From Gammaproteobacteria bacterium (GTDB lineage Bacteria > Pseudomonadota > Gammaproteobacteria > Steroidobacterales > Steroidobacteraceae), in NCBI GenBank assembly GCA_027452045.1, contig DAIDHH010000083.1, positions 2,139 to 66,138 on the forward strand: a stretch of 64,000 bases of DNA. The letters run 5' to 3'. Positions 24,976 through 35,008 of the stretch are shown here, one piece after another; position 1 is the first letter of the stretch; each line of letters opens with the position of its first letter. The notes under the pieces were generated by a model. The model was not told where the DNA came from, did no database searches, and saw nothing but the letters and a program-made list of their open reading frames with translations. The translations under genes were made by a program, and so were the position numbers.

Positions 24976-25826
24976 GCCGGAGTCTCCCAGGGGCGGCGGT
25001 TGAGTGCGTATTCGCTGATTCTGCCGATGAGGGGCATGAGCAGCATACCGGGCAGCCAGGTGCAGAGTCGGCTTTGCCGGAAGGTGTTGATGCCGACCGT
25101 CATCCCCTCGTGGCCCGAACGCGGCTGCGGCCGGTAGGTACCGAACAACCAATCCCACCACGGCAGGTTGAAGCCGAAGTTGCTGTTCGTTTCATCCTCG
25201 TTCACGGAATGGTGCACGCGGTGCATGTCGGGGGTGACCACAAAGAGGCGCAGCACCCGGTCGAGCGCGGCCGGCATGCGGACATTGCCGTGATTGAACA
25301 TCGAGGTGCCGTTGAGCAGCACCTCGAAGATCACCACGCTGGCCGCCGGGGCGCCGAGGAGCACGATGGCCGCGAACTTGATCAGCAACGACAACAGGAT
25401 CTCCAGCGGATGAAACCGCGCGCCGGTCGTGACATCGAAGTCGAGATCGGCGTGATGTACGCGGTGCAGCCGCCACAGCAGCGGCACGGCGTGCACCATG
25501 ACATGCTGCAGGTAGATGACCAGGTCGAGCGCGATCACGGCGATAGCAATGGTGAGCGCATCGGGCAGATGCGTGACGCTCAACAGACCCCAGCCATGTT
25601 CGCGGGCGAATAGCGCAACGCCGACGGCGGCTGCCGGGAATACGAGGCGCGCGATCAGGGTGTTCAGGGCCACGATGCCGATGTTATTGAGCCAGCGGGC
25701 GGCCTTGCTGACTTGCAATCGACGTCGCGGCGCCAGGATTTCCCAGAGCGCCATCACTGCGAAGATCCCGAGAAAGAATCCAAGGCGGAGGGACTGCTGA
25801 TGTGCGAGAAGAGCGGCGGCGGACAT
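24972..25826 (-). CDS. sterol desaturase / fatty-acid hydroxylase superfamily membrane protein
   Basis: Histidine boxes HVMVH, HRVHH, HRVHH. Multiple TM segments. Confidence 0.85.
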   Translation of the reverse strand: MSAAALLAHQQSLRLGFFLGIFAVMALWEILAPRRRLQVSKAARWLNNIGIVALNTLIARLVFPAAAVGVALFAREHGWGLLSVTHLPDALTIAIAVIALDLVIYLQHVMVHAVPLLWRLHRVHHADLDFDVTTGARFHPLEILLSLLIKFAAIVLLGAPAASVVIFEVLLNGTSMFNHGNVRMPAALDRVLRLFVVTPDMHRVHHSVNEDETNSNFGFNLPWWDWLFGTYRPQPRSGHEGMTVGINTFRQSRLCTWLPGMLLMPLIGRISEYALNRRPWETPA

Positions 25827-25844
25827 GTGAGTTCTGCTATTGCT

Positions 25845-25873
25845 CTAATACTCTTACGAGTATTAGAATACTC
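25845..25873. promoter_or_regulatory. candidate operator: three AATACTC half-sites forming two overlapping palindromes
   Basis: ctaatactc ttac gagtattag aatactc, in the divergent intergenic region between the desaturase and ArsR-rhodanese genes. Confidence 0.55.
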
Positions 25874-25896
25874 GCTGGAAATCTAAGGCGTCAACC

Positions 25897-26604
25897 GTGA
25901 GTTTCAAGCAAGATCTTTTTGCGCACTTCGGCCGCATCGGCCAGGCGGTAAGCAGCGGCAAACGGCTGGAAATGCTGGAATTTCTGGCGCAGGGCGAACG
26001 CAGCGTCGAGGCGCTGGCGACGGTGGCAGGACTCCCGATGGCCAACGCTTCGCATCATCTTCAGCAATTGCGCCGCGCCGGCCTCGTGACGAGCCGGAAG
26101 GAGGGGCTCAAGGTTTACTACCGTTTGAGCGGCGACGATGTGGTCGAGCTCATGGCAAGCCTGAGGGCAGTGGGCGAACGCCATCTGGCGGAAGTGGAGC
26201 GGCTCGTCGACACCTACCTCACCGCCAAGGACCGGCTCGAACCGCTCTCGCGCGCCCAGCTCCTGGAGCGCCTGCGGGGCGGCACCGTGACCGTTCTTGA
26301 CGTGCGACCGGCCGAGGAATATGGGGCCGGTCACTTGCCGGGCGCCGTCAACCTGCCTCCGTCCGAGATCGAAAAGCGGCTCGCCACGCTCGATCCCGGG
26401 CAAGAATTCGTCGCCTACTGCCGAGGTCCTTATTGTGTGCTCGCCTTCGAAGCGGTGGCGCTGCTTCGATCTCGCGGATTCAACGCACGCCGCCTCAAGG
26501 AGGGGTTTCCGGAATGGCGCGCCGCGGGACTGCCGGTCACCGCTTCGAGCCGGGAACCCCGACTGGCTCGCGAGGCGGGTGACGGTGAGTCACCTCGGGA
26601 TTGA
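25897..26604 (+). CDS. ArsR-family regulator fused to a rhodanese domain (the intact paralogue)
   Basis: KRLEMLEFLAQGERSVEALATVAGLPMANASHHLQQLRRAGLV (wHTH). VLDVRPAEEYGAGHLPGAVNLP ... AYCRGPYCVLAF (rhodanese active-site loop). Confidence 0.85.
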   Translation: MSFKQDLFAHFGRIGQAVSSGKRLEMLEFLAQGERSVEALATVAGLPMANASHHLQQLRRAGLVTSRKEGLKVYYRLSGDDVVELMASLRAVGERHLAEVERLVDTYLTAKDRLEPLSRAQLLERLRGGTVTVLDVRPAEEYGAGHLPGAVNLPPSEIEKRLATLDPGQEFVAYCRGPYCVLAFEAVALLRSRGFNARRLKEGFPEWRAAGLPVTASSREPRLAREAGDGESPRD

Positions 26605-27323
26605 CGGTTCGTGCCTTGACCCGCGTCATTGCAATCCAACATCACGAGTGCGAGACGCTCGGTGCGATATCCGATGCGCTCGCGCGCTCGGGCATCGACT
26701 TCAATCAGCTCCTGCTCTGCGAGGGCTCCCCCGAACCGGACATTGCCCCATGCGACGGCCTGATCGTATTGGGTGGGCCATACAGCGTGTGCCGGCCTGA
26801 GGGCCATCCCAGGTTGCTGCGCGAGCTCGCACTGATCCGCCGCGCATTGGCGCTCGGACGACCGGTGCTCGGGATCTGTCTCGGCAGCCAGTTGGTGGCC
26901 GCGGCGCTTGGGGCCAAGGTTCATCCCGCAGCCGCACCCGAGATCGGCTGGCTGCCGGTGCGGCTCGAGGCCGCGGGAAAGGACGATCGGCTGTTTCACG
27001 GCCTTGCGGATTCGTTCGTGACCTGCGTTTGGCATGGCGATGTGTTCGACCTGCCGCCGGGCGCCGTATCACTCGCGCGCTCGCGCATGACTGCGTCCCA
27101 GGCGTATCGCTACGGCGCCAACGTGTATGGCCTTCTGTTCCATCTGGAGATGAAGCCTGAAATGGTCGCGGCATGCGTCAATGCTTTCGAGCCCGGGCTG
27201 CGTCGCGCCGGAATCGATCCGGATGAGTGCCTGATCCAGGCGCAGAGCCACTTGAATGCGATCGAGCCTACCGCTGCGACCGTTTTCGACCGATGGGCTG
27301 CGCTGGTGAGGAGTTCCACCTGA
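26601..27323 (+). CDS. class I glutamine amidotransferase-like protein
   Basis: TTG26601 overlaps the upstream stop. GICLGSQLVAAALG (nucleophile elbow) and GLLFHLE (His-Glu). Confidence 0.8.
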   Translation: MTVRALTRVIAIQHHECETLGAISDALARSGIDFNQLLLCEGSPEPDIAPCDGLIVLGGPYSVCRPEGHPRLLRELALIRRALALGRPVLGICLGSQLVAAALGAKVHPAAAPEIGWLPVRLEAAGKDDRLFHGLADSFVTCVWHGDVFDLPPGAVSLARSRMTASQAYRYGANVYGLLFHLEMKPEMVAACVNAFEPGLRRAGIDPDECLIQAQSHLNAIEPTAATVFDRWAALVRSST

Positions 27324-27330
27324 ATGTACG

Positions 27331-28024
27331 TTACCGAGATGCTCGCGGCCGATGCTTGCCGTGCTGGCGCGCGAACGGCCTCAGCAACACGGCGTGATGA
27401 TAGCGGGCGTTGTCGAGCACCAAGATCATGCGGCGCCCGCCATGTCGGTAGCGCAGCAGCTGTTTGAGGAAACGATTGAAGGTCCGGGCTTTGAATAGGG
27501 TGCAGATGTGACGGACGAGCTGAACGGCACGCAGAATGACCGCGCCGAAGCACGCCACGGATCGGCGCGTCAGCGCGAGCAGCAGATGAGCATCCTTATC
27601 CCCCGGTCGCACCCACATGCGGCAGCCTGTCCCGTGTTGCTGGAAACGGCATTCGTCCAGGCTCCACAGTTCCACATCAGAGCTTCGAGCCATCCGGCGC
27701 AGTTTTTGTTGCCGCCGCGACTTTCCACCGATCGGCCCGAGCGACTTGGGTACGGGGTTTACGCAGCCGAAAGCCCATCTGGCGAAACAGTCTTTGGCAT
27801 CGTCGTACACCCAAGTCCACGCCATGGCGGCGCCGCAGGTGCTCCGCGAGCGCCGGCCCGTCCCGGAGCGGCCAGGCCGAAGTCTCGCGGGGTCTTGCGC
27901 AGATCGCTCTGGAGCTTGCACCACTATGCCGCATTGAGCGCCCTGGGCCGGCCCCATCGGCGGCAGCTGCGCCATCAGGCGCCGCAGCCGCGCGCACCGC
28001 AGGTCGAGGCGCAGAATCCGACAC
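27331..28024 (-). mobile_element. IS630-family transposase remnant (frameshifted, truncated at both ends)
   Basis: Two overlapping frames, 27677..28024 and 27331..27975. LWSLDECRFQQHG ... ILVLDNARYHHA (DDE region). The distal catalytic part is missing. No terminal repeats were identified. Confidence 0.7.
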
Positions 28025-28064
28025 CGGGAGCCAGGATGACAGCAGTCAAGGGCGGCAGACGGCC

Positions 28065-29183
28065 GTGAAACAGATCTATTTGGACTATAACGCCAGCACG
28101 CCCATCGACCCGGCGGTGGCCGCGATCATGCGGCCGCTTCTCGAGAGCGCCTACGGTAATCCTTCGAGCGGTCACTGGGCGGGTGCGCCTGCAAAGGCTG
28201 CGCTGGACCGCGCTCGCGCGCAAGTCGCGGCGCTTCTCGGTTGTGCGGCGGAGGAGATCGTCTTTACGAGCGGCGGGAGCGAAGCGAACAATCTTGCGCT
28301 GAAGGGCCTGTTCTTCCGCCCGCGCGACAAACCTGCGCACATCGTCACCTCGAGGATCGAGCATCCGGCCATCCTCATGCCATGCCGGTTTCTCGAGCGC
28401 CTCGGCGCAACCGCGACCTACGTGCCGGTGGACGGAACGGGTCGAGTCGACCCCGACGATATCCGCAAGGCGATCACCGGCGATACGGTCCTCGTCAGCA
28501 TCATGCACGCCAACAACGAGGTCGGCACGATCCAGCCGATCGGCGAGATCGCGAAGATCGCGCATGCGCATGGAATACCCTTGCATACGGACGCCGCGCA
28601 ATCCGTCGGCAAGATACCAACGAACGTGGATGCGCTCGGCGTCGATCTGCTCTCGATCGCCGGGCACAAGCTCTATGGACCGAAGGGAATCGGTGCCCTC
28701 TACATCCGTCGTGGAATTGTCGTGGAGCCGCTGATCCACGGTGCCGGACACGAGCTCGGCCGACGGGCGGGCACCGAGAGCGCGCTCCTGGCGGCGGGTC
28801 TTGGCGAGGCATGCGAAATTGCGCAGCCGGGGCTCGGCATGCAGGAGACGCGACGCTTGCGCGACCTGTTCTGGGAGCGCCTGCGCGTGGAGTTCGGCGA
28901 GCGGGTCTCTCTCAACGGTCATGTGCACGAGCGCCTGCCGAACACGCTCAATGTGTCGTTCGCGGGGCAGGTCGGTGCCGAAATCCTGGCACGGATGCCG
29001 GAGGTTGCTGCATCGACCGGATCGGCGTGCCACGCGGGCCGGGTCGAGTTGTCGCCCGTCCTTGAGGCCATGGGGATTGCGCCCGAGATCGGCACGGGCG
29101 CCATCCGCTTCAGTCTGGGGCGCGGGACGACGGAGGAGGAGATCGGACAAGTCGCCGATCGACTGCGCCGGCTGCTCGCATGA
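28065..29183 (+). CDS. cysteine desulfurase (NifS/IscS family)
   Basis: IYLDYNASTP, FTSGGSEANN, SIAGHKLYGPKGIGALY (PLP lysine), STGSACHAG (active-site Cys). Confidence 0.9.
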   Translation: MKQIYLDYNASTPIDPAVAAIMRPLLESAYGNPSSGHWAGAPAKAALDRARAQVAALLGCAAEEIVFTSGGSEANNLALKGLFFRPRDKPAHIVTSRIEHPAILMPCRFLERLGATATYVPVDGTGRVDPDDIRKAITGDTVLVSIMHANNEVGTIQPIGEIAKIAHAHGIPLHTDAAQSVGKIPTNVDALGVDLLSIAGHKLYGPKGIGALYIRRGIVVEPLIHGAGHELGRRAGTESALLAAGLGEACEIAQPGLGMQETRRLRDLFWERLRVEFGERVSLNGHVHERLPNTLNVSFAGQVGAEILARMPEVAASTGSACHAGRVELSPVLEAMGIAPEIGTGAIRFSLGRGTTEEEIGQVADRLRRLLA

Positions 29184-29920
29184 GCGGGGCGATCGCCCCC
29201 GGTCAGATCGGTCCGAAAGCGTACGTCGCGTGGCGCGCAACACTGCTCGGCAGGGTCACCGAGGCGATCGAGCAGCGCCTCGTTTTCAAGCTGATGGGAG
29301 AGCTCCGCAATACCCGTGTACTCGATGTCGGCTGTGGCGACGGCGCGCTGGTCTGCGCTGCGGTCGCGCGCAGCGCCGTGGCGACCGGTATCGATACGGA
29401 TCCCGCGATGCTGAGCGCAGCCCGCGCGCGAGCGCGGGAAGCACGTGTCCAGGCAGAATTTGTGGAGGGACGCATCGAGCAGCTTCCCTTTGCCGATGCC
29501 ACCTTCGATGTCGTGATCGCGGTCACGGTGCTGTGTTTCGTTGCAGACGGACCGGCGGCCTTGCGCGAAGTTGTTCGCGTGCTGCGACCGGAAGGACGTC
29601 TCGTGCTCGGCGAGCTGGGCCGATGGAGCCTCTGGGCGATGACGCGCCGCGTGCGCGGCTGGCTGGGTGCCGCGACCTGGAAGGCGGCGCGCTTCCGGAC
29701 GGCACGTGAGCTGAGCGCTCTTGCGGAATCCGCCGGGCTTTCCGTGACTGTGATTCGCGGCGCAGTTTTCTACCCGCCTATCGGCGCCCTTGCGCGTATT
29801 CTCGCGCCGATCGATCCGTGGCTCGGCCATGTCGCGACATTCGGCGCGGCCTTTCTCGCCCTGCAGGCCGTCGCGCCCGACGATCGTCACGTGAGACAGC
29901 CGTTGGCCGGCGTCGATTAA
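29180..29920 (+). CDS. class I SAM-dependent methyltransferase
   Basis: ATGA overlap with the desulfurase gene. VLDVGCGDGALV, FDVVIAVTVLCF, LRPEGRLVLGE. Confidence 0.8.
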   Translation: MSGAIAPGQIGPKAYVAWRATLLGRVTEAIEQRLVFKLMGELRNTRVLDVGCGDGALVCAAVARSAVATGIDTDPAMLSAARARAREARVQAEFVEGRIEQLPFADATFDVVIAVTVLCFVADGPAALREVVRVLRPEGRLVLGELGRWSLWAMTRRVRGWLGAATWKAARFRTARELSALAESAGLSVTVIRGAVFYPPIGALARILAPIDPWLGHVATFGAAFLALQAVAPDDRHVRQPLAGVD

Positions 29921-30084
29921 TGTGAGTCAGAGCCGCGGGAGGCGATCGGGGACGCGAGAGCAATATTGACCGGTTACAAGGGGACCTGCGGCGGCGACCC
30001 GAACGGGACTTGCGCGCTTTTTGGGCTGCAGGAGGGGCTTCAGGCACATGAACGGCCGCACGACTCCTTCTCGCGACCGCTGGA

Positions 30085-32409
30085 TCAGCCCACCGGAGCA
30101 TAGACCTTGTGCGCTGCGTCGAGGTGAATCATGCGCAGCCTCAGCGCATTGCCGATGACCGACACCGAGCTCAGGCTCATGGCGGCTGCGGCGATCATGG
30201 GGCTCAGGAGCAGTCCGAAGATCGGATACAGCGCGCCGGCGGCGATCGGGATGCCGATCACGTTGTAGATGAAGGCGAGGAAGAGATTCTGGCGGATATT
30301 GCGCATGGTGGCGCGGCTGAGCACGCGGGCCCGCGCGATGCCTGTCAGGTCGCCCTTGACGAGGGTGACACCAGCGCTCTGCATGGCCACATCGGTCCCC
30401 GTGCCCATCGCGATGCCGACTTCGGCTGCGGCGAGAGCCGGCGCGTCGTTCACGCCGTCGCCTGCCATGGCGACCGCTCGACCTTCGCCGCGCAGGCGCT
30501 GCACGATGGCGTTCTTGTGATCCGGCAGCACCTGCGCCTCGATGTCGTCAATTCCGAGCCGGCGCGCGACCGCCTCTGCCGTGGCGCGATGATCCCCCGT
30601 GACCATCACGATCCGGATGCCCTCGTGCCTGAGCGCCTCGAGAGCCCCGGGCGTGCTCGGCTTCACCGGATCGGCGACGGCAACGACGCCCGCGGATCGG
30701 CCATCGATCGCCACGAACATCACGGTCGCGGCGTCATTTCGGAGGCGCTCCGCCGGCGCTTCGAGACTCGCGTGCGAAACTCCGAGAGAGTCGAGCAGCT
30801 CGGCGTTGCCCACGCCGATCGCGTGTCCGTTTACGGTCCCGATGACGCCCCTGCCCGTTTCGGAGCGAAAGCCAATCACGCTTTGCAGCGCAAGACCCCT
30901 CTCGTTCGCCGATGCAACCACGGCTGCCGCGAGGGGATGCTCGCTCGAGCGCTCGAGGCTCGCTGCGAAGGTGAGCACGGCGGCCTCATCGTATCCTTCC
31001 CCCGGCACAACGGCCACCACGCGCGGCTTACCCTCGGTCAGCGTCCCGGTCTTGTCCACGACGAGGGTGTCGATCTTCTCAAATCGCTCCAGCGCCTCGG
31101 CGTTCTTGATCAGCACCCCCGCCGTGGCACCCTTGCCGACCCCAACCATGACGGACATGGGAGTCGCGAGCCCGAGCGCGCGGGGGCAGGCGATGATGAG
31201 CACGGACACGGCCGCAACCAGCGCGTAGGCGAGCTGAGGCGGCGGTCCAAGCAGCGTCCACGCAATGAATGCGGCAAGGGCAATCACGATGACGGCCGGC
31301 ACAAACCATGAGGAGGCGAGGTCGGCGAGCCGTTGGATGGGCGCACGGCTGCGCTGCGCTTCGGCCACCATCTGCACGATTCGGGCGAGCATCGTGTCCG
31401 AGCCCACGCGCTCGGCGCGCATGATCAGCGCACCGGTCCCGTTGATCGTGCCGCCGATGAGCTTCTCTCCCGCGACCTTGGACACCGGGAGGGATTCGCC
31501 GGTGACCATCGACTCATCGACGGCGCTCGCGCCCTCGAGCACCACTCCGTCAACCGGAACGGCCTCGCCGGGGCGCACCCGCAATCGGTCTTCGACCTGC
31601 ACCGCATCCAGGGAAACCTCCTCATCGGTCCCTCCGTCAGGAATGCGGCGGGCGAATTTGGGCGCGAGATTGAGCAGAGCGCGAATGGCTCCACCGGTAG
31701 CCTCCCGCGCGCGCAGCTCGAGCACCTGCCCCAGGAGCACGAGCACGGTGATGACCGCGGCGGCTTCGAAGTACACGGGAATGAGGTCGTCCTCGCCGCG
31801 CAGTCCTCGCGGAAAGAGACCCGGCGCGAACAGCGCGACGAGGCTGTAGAGATAAGCGGCGCTGACGCCAAGAGCGATGGGGCTGAACATGTTGAGCGAT
31901 CGGCGGCGCACCGAGTCCCACCCGCGCTGAAGCAGCGGCCATCCCGCCCAGATCACGACAGGGCTGCCGAGCGCAAACTGAATCCACATCGACAGGACGG
32001 GAGAGACCAATCGATGCGCCGCGAGCGCGGGGACCTCTGTCGCCATGTCGAGGAGGACCACCGGAGCGGCGAGCGCGACGCCGACCCAGAACCGCCGCGT
32101 CATGTCGCGCAGCTCGAGGTTTTGACCCGTCACACTTGCCGGCTGTACCGGTTCGAGCGTCATCCCGCAGATCGGACAGGTGCCCGGCTCGCTCCGGCGA
32201 ACCTGCGGATGCATGGGACAGGTGTAGATCGTTCTGGGGCGGGAGTCAGCAGCCTGTCCGGACGGGCTCGCCGGTGCCTGGCCGCCATCCTCGCGCATCG
32301 GTTCGTTCACGGGTTCGGCTCCCAATTGACTCTGATCAGTGAGATACCGGTCGGGCGCCGCGCTGAACCTTTCCAGACAGCTGCTCGAGCAGAAGAGGTA
32401 GGCCCCCAT
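30085..32409 (-). CDS. P1B-type heavy-metal (Cu+-type) ATPase; its N-terminal YHS/TRASH region continues upstream in another frame to ATG32557 (frameshift), and TM6 reads CPR instead of CPC
   Basis: [30 protein letters not shown]7 YN and TM8 MSLSS are Cu-type. N-terminus YTCPMHPQV...CPICGM. 30085..32557 is 2473 nt (3n+1). Confidence 0.85.
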   Translation of the reverse strand: MGAYLFCSSSCLERFSAAPDRYLTDQSQLGAEPVNEPMREDGGQAPASPSGQAADSRPRTIYTCPMHPQVRRSEPGTCPICGMTLEPVQPASVTGQNLELRDMTRRFWVGVALAAPVVLLDMATEVPALAAHRLVSPVLSMWIQFALGSPVVIWAGWPLLQRGWDSVRRRSLNMFSPIALGVSAAYLYSLVALFAPGLFPRGLRGEDDLIPVYFEAAAVITVLVLLGQVLELRAREATGGAIRALLNLAPKFARRIPDGGTDEEVSLDAVQVEDRLRVRPGEAVPVDGVVLEGASAVDESMVTGESLPVSKVAGEKLIGGTINGTGALIMRAERVGSDTMLARIVQMVAEAQRSRAPIQRLADLASSWFVPAVIVIALAAFIAWTLLGPPPQLAYALVAAVSVLIIACPRALGLATPMSVMVGVGKGATAGVLIKNAEALERFEKIDTLVVDKTGTLTEGKPRVVAVVPGEGYDEAAVLTFAASLERSSEHPLAAAVVASANERGLALQSVIGFRSETGRGVIGTVNGHAIGVGNAELLDSLGVSHASLEAPAERLRNDAATVMFVAIDGRSAGVVAVADPVKPSTPGALEALRHEGIRIVMVTGDHRATAEAVARRLGIDDIEAQVLPDHKNAIVQRLRGEGRAVAMAGDGVNDAPALAAAEVGIAMGTGTDVAMQSAGVTLVKGDLTGIARARVLSRATMRNIRQNLFLAFIYNVIGIPIAAGALYPIFGLLLSPMIAAAAMSLSSVSVIGNALRLRMIHLDAAHKVYAPVG

Positions 32410-32907
32410 GCGCCCAATGGTGCTGCGAGACTCGCATGCCGTATACCGGATCCGTCAGAACGTGCTCACGCGTCCCTGCGGCGAATTTCCCGGAATCCGT
32501 ACGACGTTCCGTCGAAGTCGAATCTTCGCCCCGCCCGCGTGTGTGATGCGAATTCATGACGCGCCCAGTGATTCGAAAAGCTGCGGGACGGCGCCTATAG
32601 TCGCGCGATCCTGCTCCAGACGCTCTCCCTGCATCGTCGTGGAGTGTTTGTATCTCCGCGTCAAGTCGGCGACGCCGGCATGGGTTCCGCTGAGGCCAGG
32701 GAAGGGTCAGTCGCCCACCGTGATCTCTATTCCTGACCAACGTTCTTGACGCCCACCCGGGTGGGCAATAGCGCAGCGTGGTCAAATGACTACCCGCCGA
32801 ATGCTATGGCGTTAGGGCCCTGAGACCATGAGGACTTCTACGTAATGGATTCGAAGCGCCGCGGGAGCATACTGAGTAACAATCAGGCCGGGGCCAGGTA
32901 TCGCGCC

Positions 32908-33267
32908 ATGAGTGGCTTTCTTTCGTTCCTACTCTTTGGGGCACTGTTCTTTGTCATGATGCGCTTCGGCTGCGGAGCGCATGTCGGTCACGGTGGCCAT
33001 GGCGGCCACTCTGCCCAGCGAGATAGCAGCGGTGACCAGACAGTCACCCCGTCCACTCACCACGCTCTCGATACGGGAGTCGATCCCGTGTGCGGAATGA
33101 AGGTCGAGCCCGGCGCGGGCTACGCGAGCGCGTATCAAAATCAGACAGTGCGTTTTTGCTCGCGAGACTGCCTCGATAAATTCGAAGCACAGCCGCAGCG
33201 GTATCTCGGCGCTGGAGCGATGACAGAGGCAATGCTGGGGACTCCGGGGAAGAGGTCGGCCCCATGA
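32908..33267 (+). CDS. DUF2933-like His/Gly membrane segment fused to a YHS/TRASH metal-binding domain
   Basis: MSGFLSFLLFGALFFVMMRFGCGAHVGHGGHGGH, then DPVCGMKV...VRFCSRDCLDKFEAQPQRY. ORF 32845..33267; ATG32908 preferred. Confidence 0.7.
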   Translation: MSGFLSFLLFGALFFVMMRFGCGAHVGHGGHGGHSAQRDSSGDQTVTPSTHHALDTGVDPVCGMKVEPGAGYASAYQNQTVRFCSRDCLDKFEAQPQRYLGAGAMTEAMLGTPGKRSAP

Positions 33268-33530
33268 GAACGGGCATCTCCCTCAGAGCTGCCGGGATGG
33301 CGACGGGGGTGTTTCTCGCGATTACTTTCTCGCTGTGCGTGGCTTTCGATCTGCTCTTCCCGCGCCATGCGATGTATCACACTTGGCTCGGACTCGTGCC
33401 CGGATTCCACTGGCTGACCTGGGGGTCATTTGCCCGTGGGTTGATTGAGAGCTACGCCTACGGCTGGTTCATTGCGCTCATCTGGGTGCCGCTCTACAAC
33501 GTGTTTCTGCTTGGGCGGCGAAAATCATGA
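33264..33530 (+). CDS. small membrane protein (hypothetical)
   Basis: ATGA overlap with the upstream gene. Two or three hydrophobic segments. Confidence 0.5.
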   Translation: MRTGISLRAAGMATGVFLAITFSLCVAFDLLFPRHAMYHTWLGLVPGFHWLTWGSFARGLIESYAYGWFIALIWVPLYNVFLLGRRKS

Positions 33531-34174
33531 GTTCGCACATCGCCCATTCCGGCGCCTGGGGCCTCGCGATCGTGATGATCGTGATCGCCTCCTGGGTCTT
33601 CTATCGATATTTCGCTCCCAAGGGGTGGCGCGAGTGGGCGGGCGCGGGCTTGGTCCAGGCGTTCATCATCGCGCTCTACGCGGAAATGTACGGCTTTCCG
33701 CTGACGATCTATCTGCTCGTGCGGTTCTTGCATCTCGACCGCACCGGCTTGAACGCGAACTTGTGGTCGACGCTGCTTGGCATGGGCAATACCGGAATGA
33801 TGGTCTCCATGCTCATCGGGTATGTTCTGCTGTTTCTCGGCATTGGCCTCTTCATCGAGGGTTGGCGAGAGCTCTACCGGGCGCACCAGGCGGGCCGACT
33901 CGCTTCCGACGGACTCTACGGTCTCGTGCGCCACCCCCAGTACACCGGGCTTTTCGTCGGGCTCTTCGGCGAAGGTGTGGTCCATTGGCCGACCGTCTTT
34001 TCCGTGACGTTGTTTCCCATCATCGTGTTCGTCTACACTCGGCTCGCGTACCGGGAAGAACGGGACATGATCGGGAAATTCGGCGAGCGATACGAGGAGT
34101 ATCGGCGGCGGGTGCCGATGTTCTTTCCGGGACGGGGCGGTTGGCGCCAGCTCATCGAGGCGGCCAGACCTTAA
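33527..34174 (+). CDS. isoprenylcysteine carboxyl / phospholipid methyltransferase-family membrane protein
   Basis: ATGA overlap. GLYGLVRHPQYTG ... REERDMIGKFGERYEEYRRRVPMF. Confidence 0.8.
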   Translation: MSSHIAHSGAWGLAIVMIVIASWVFYRYFAPKGWREWAGAGLVQAFIIALYAEMYGFPLTIYLLVRFLHLDRTGLNANLWSTLLGMGNTGMMVSMLIGYVLLFLGIGLFIEGWRELYRAHQAGRLASDGLYGLVRHPQYTGLFVGLFGEGVVHWPTVFSVTLFPIIVFVYTRLAYREERDMIGKFGERYEEYRRRVPMFFPGRGGWRQLIEAARP

Positions 34175-34217
34175 CCGGCGTGCGGCGTCGAGGCATCATA
34201 TAAGTCAGGAGACTCCA

Positions 34218-34766
34218 GTGAAATCGAGGCTCTCAATGGCACTGCCGGGCGTTGCTCTGGCGCTGTTCGCGATCGTAACCGCGCAGGCCGCGCCCCCTTC
34301 ACCCCAACCGCCGGCGGCTCAAGCAACCGAACCGGCCTCGATGACCGCACAGCATCTCGATCTCGGCGCGATGGAAGCTCGGATTAAACTCATGCAGGAA
34401 CAGATGCGGCGTATCCGCGCGACGAAGAGTCCCGAGCTCAGAGCGAGGCTGCTGCGCGAGCACATGCACACCATGATGGAGCAGATGCAGGCCATGCGCG
34501 CCATGGGGGGGCGGATGATGTCTGGCATGATGCCTCGGGGAATGATGGGCGGTCCCTCGATGGGTCACGGGATGAGGGGCGATGGCATGATGGGGGGCGG
34601 CAATCGGAATGCACCCTCCGCGCAACAGTGCCAGCGGATGCACGACCTAATGCGGGACGAGATGCAGAACCGTCTCGACATGATGCAGCTGATGATGGAG
34701 CAGATGATGGGCCAAATGCGGGCGATGCAGGGAATGCCTATGGAAGGGAAGGGCCCGCAGCGGTAG
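34218..34766 (+). CDS. secreted Met/His-rich protein (likely periplasmic Cu(I)-binding)
   Basis: aggag lies upstream of GTG34218. Signal peptide ...VTAQA. Runs such as MGGRMMSGMMPRGMMGGPSMGHGMRGDGMMGG. Confidence 0.65.
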   Translation: MKSRLSMALPGVALALFAIVTAQAAPPSPQPPAAQATEPASMTAQHLDLGAMEARIKLMQEQMRRIRATKSPELRARLLREHMHTMMEQMQAMRAMGGRMMSGMMPRGMMGGPSMGHGMRGDGMMGGGNRNAPSAQQCQRMHDLMRDEMQNRLDMMQLMMEQMMGQMRAMQGMPMEGKGPQR

Positions 34767-35008
34767 CCTGCCCCAGGAGATGGGTAATCCCTGGAATGGC
34801 TTCCCCGTGTCAACGAACCTGGATGGCGATAGGCGTGAAACCCACGGTAGCGCCGCATCGTGAGTACCTCGATTCGGGGCACAGGACGGACACACCCGTG
34901 GAGCGCCACAGTGCCGTCATGCCTCGAGTCGCGGTGCTCAACTGCACGGAATGCCCGGGTTCCTCGGCGGTGGCGTTTCAGTCTGCAAAGCGCTAGCATG
35001 ATAAGCGC

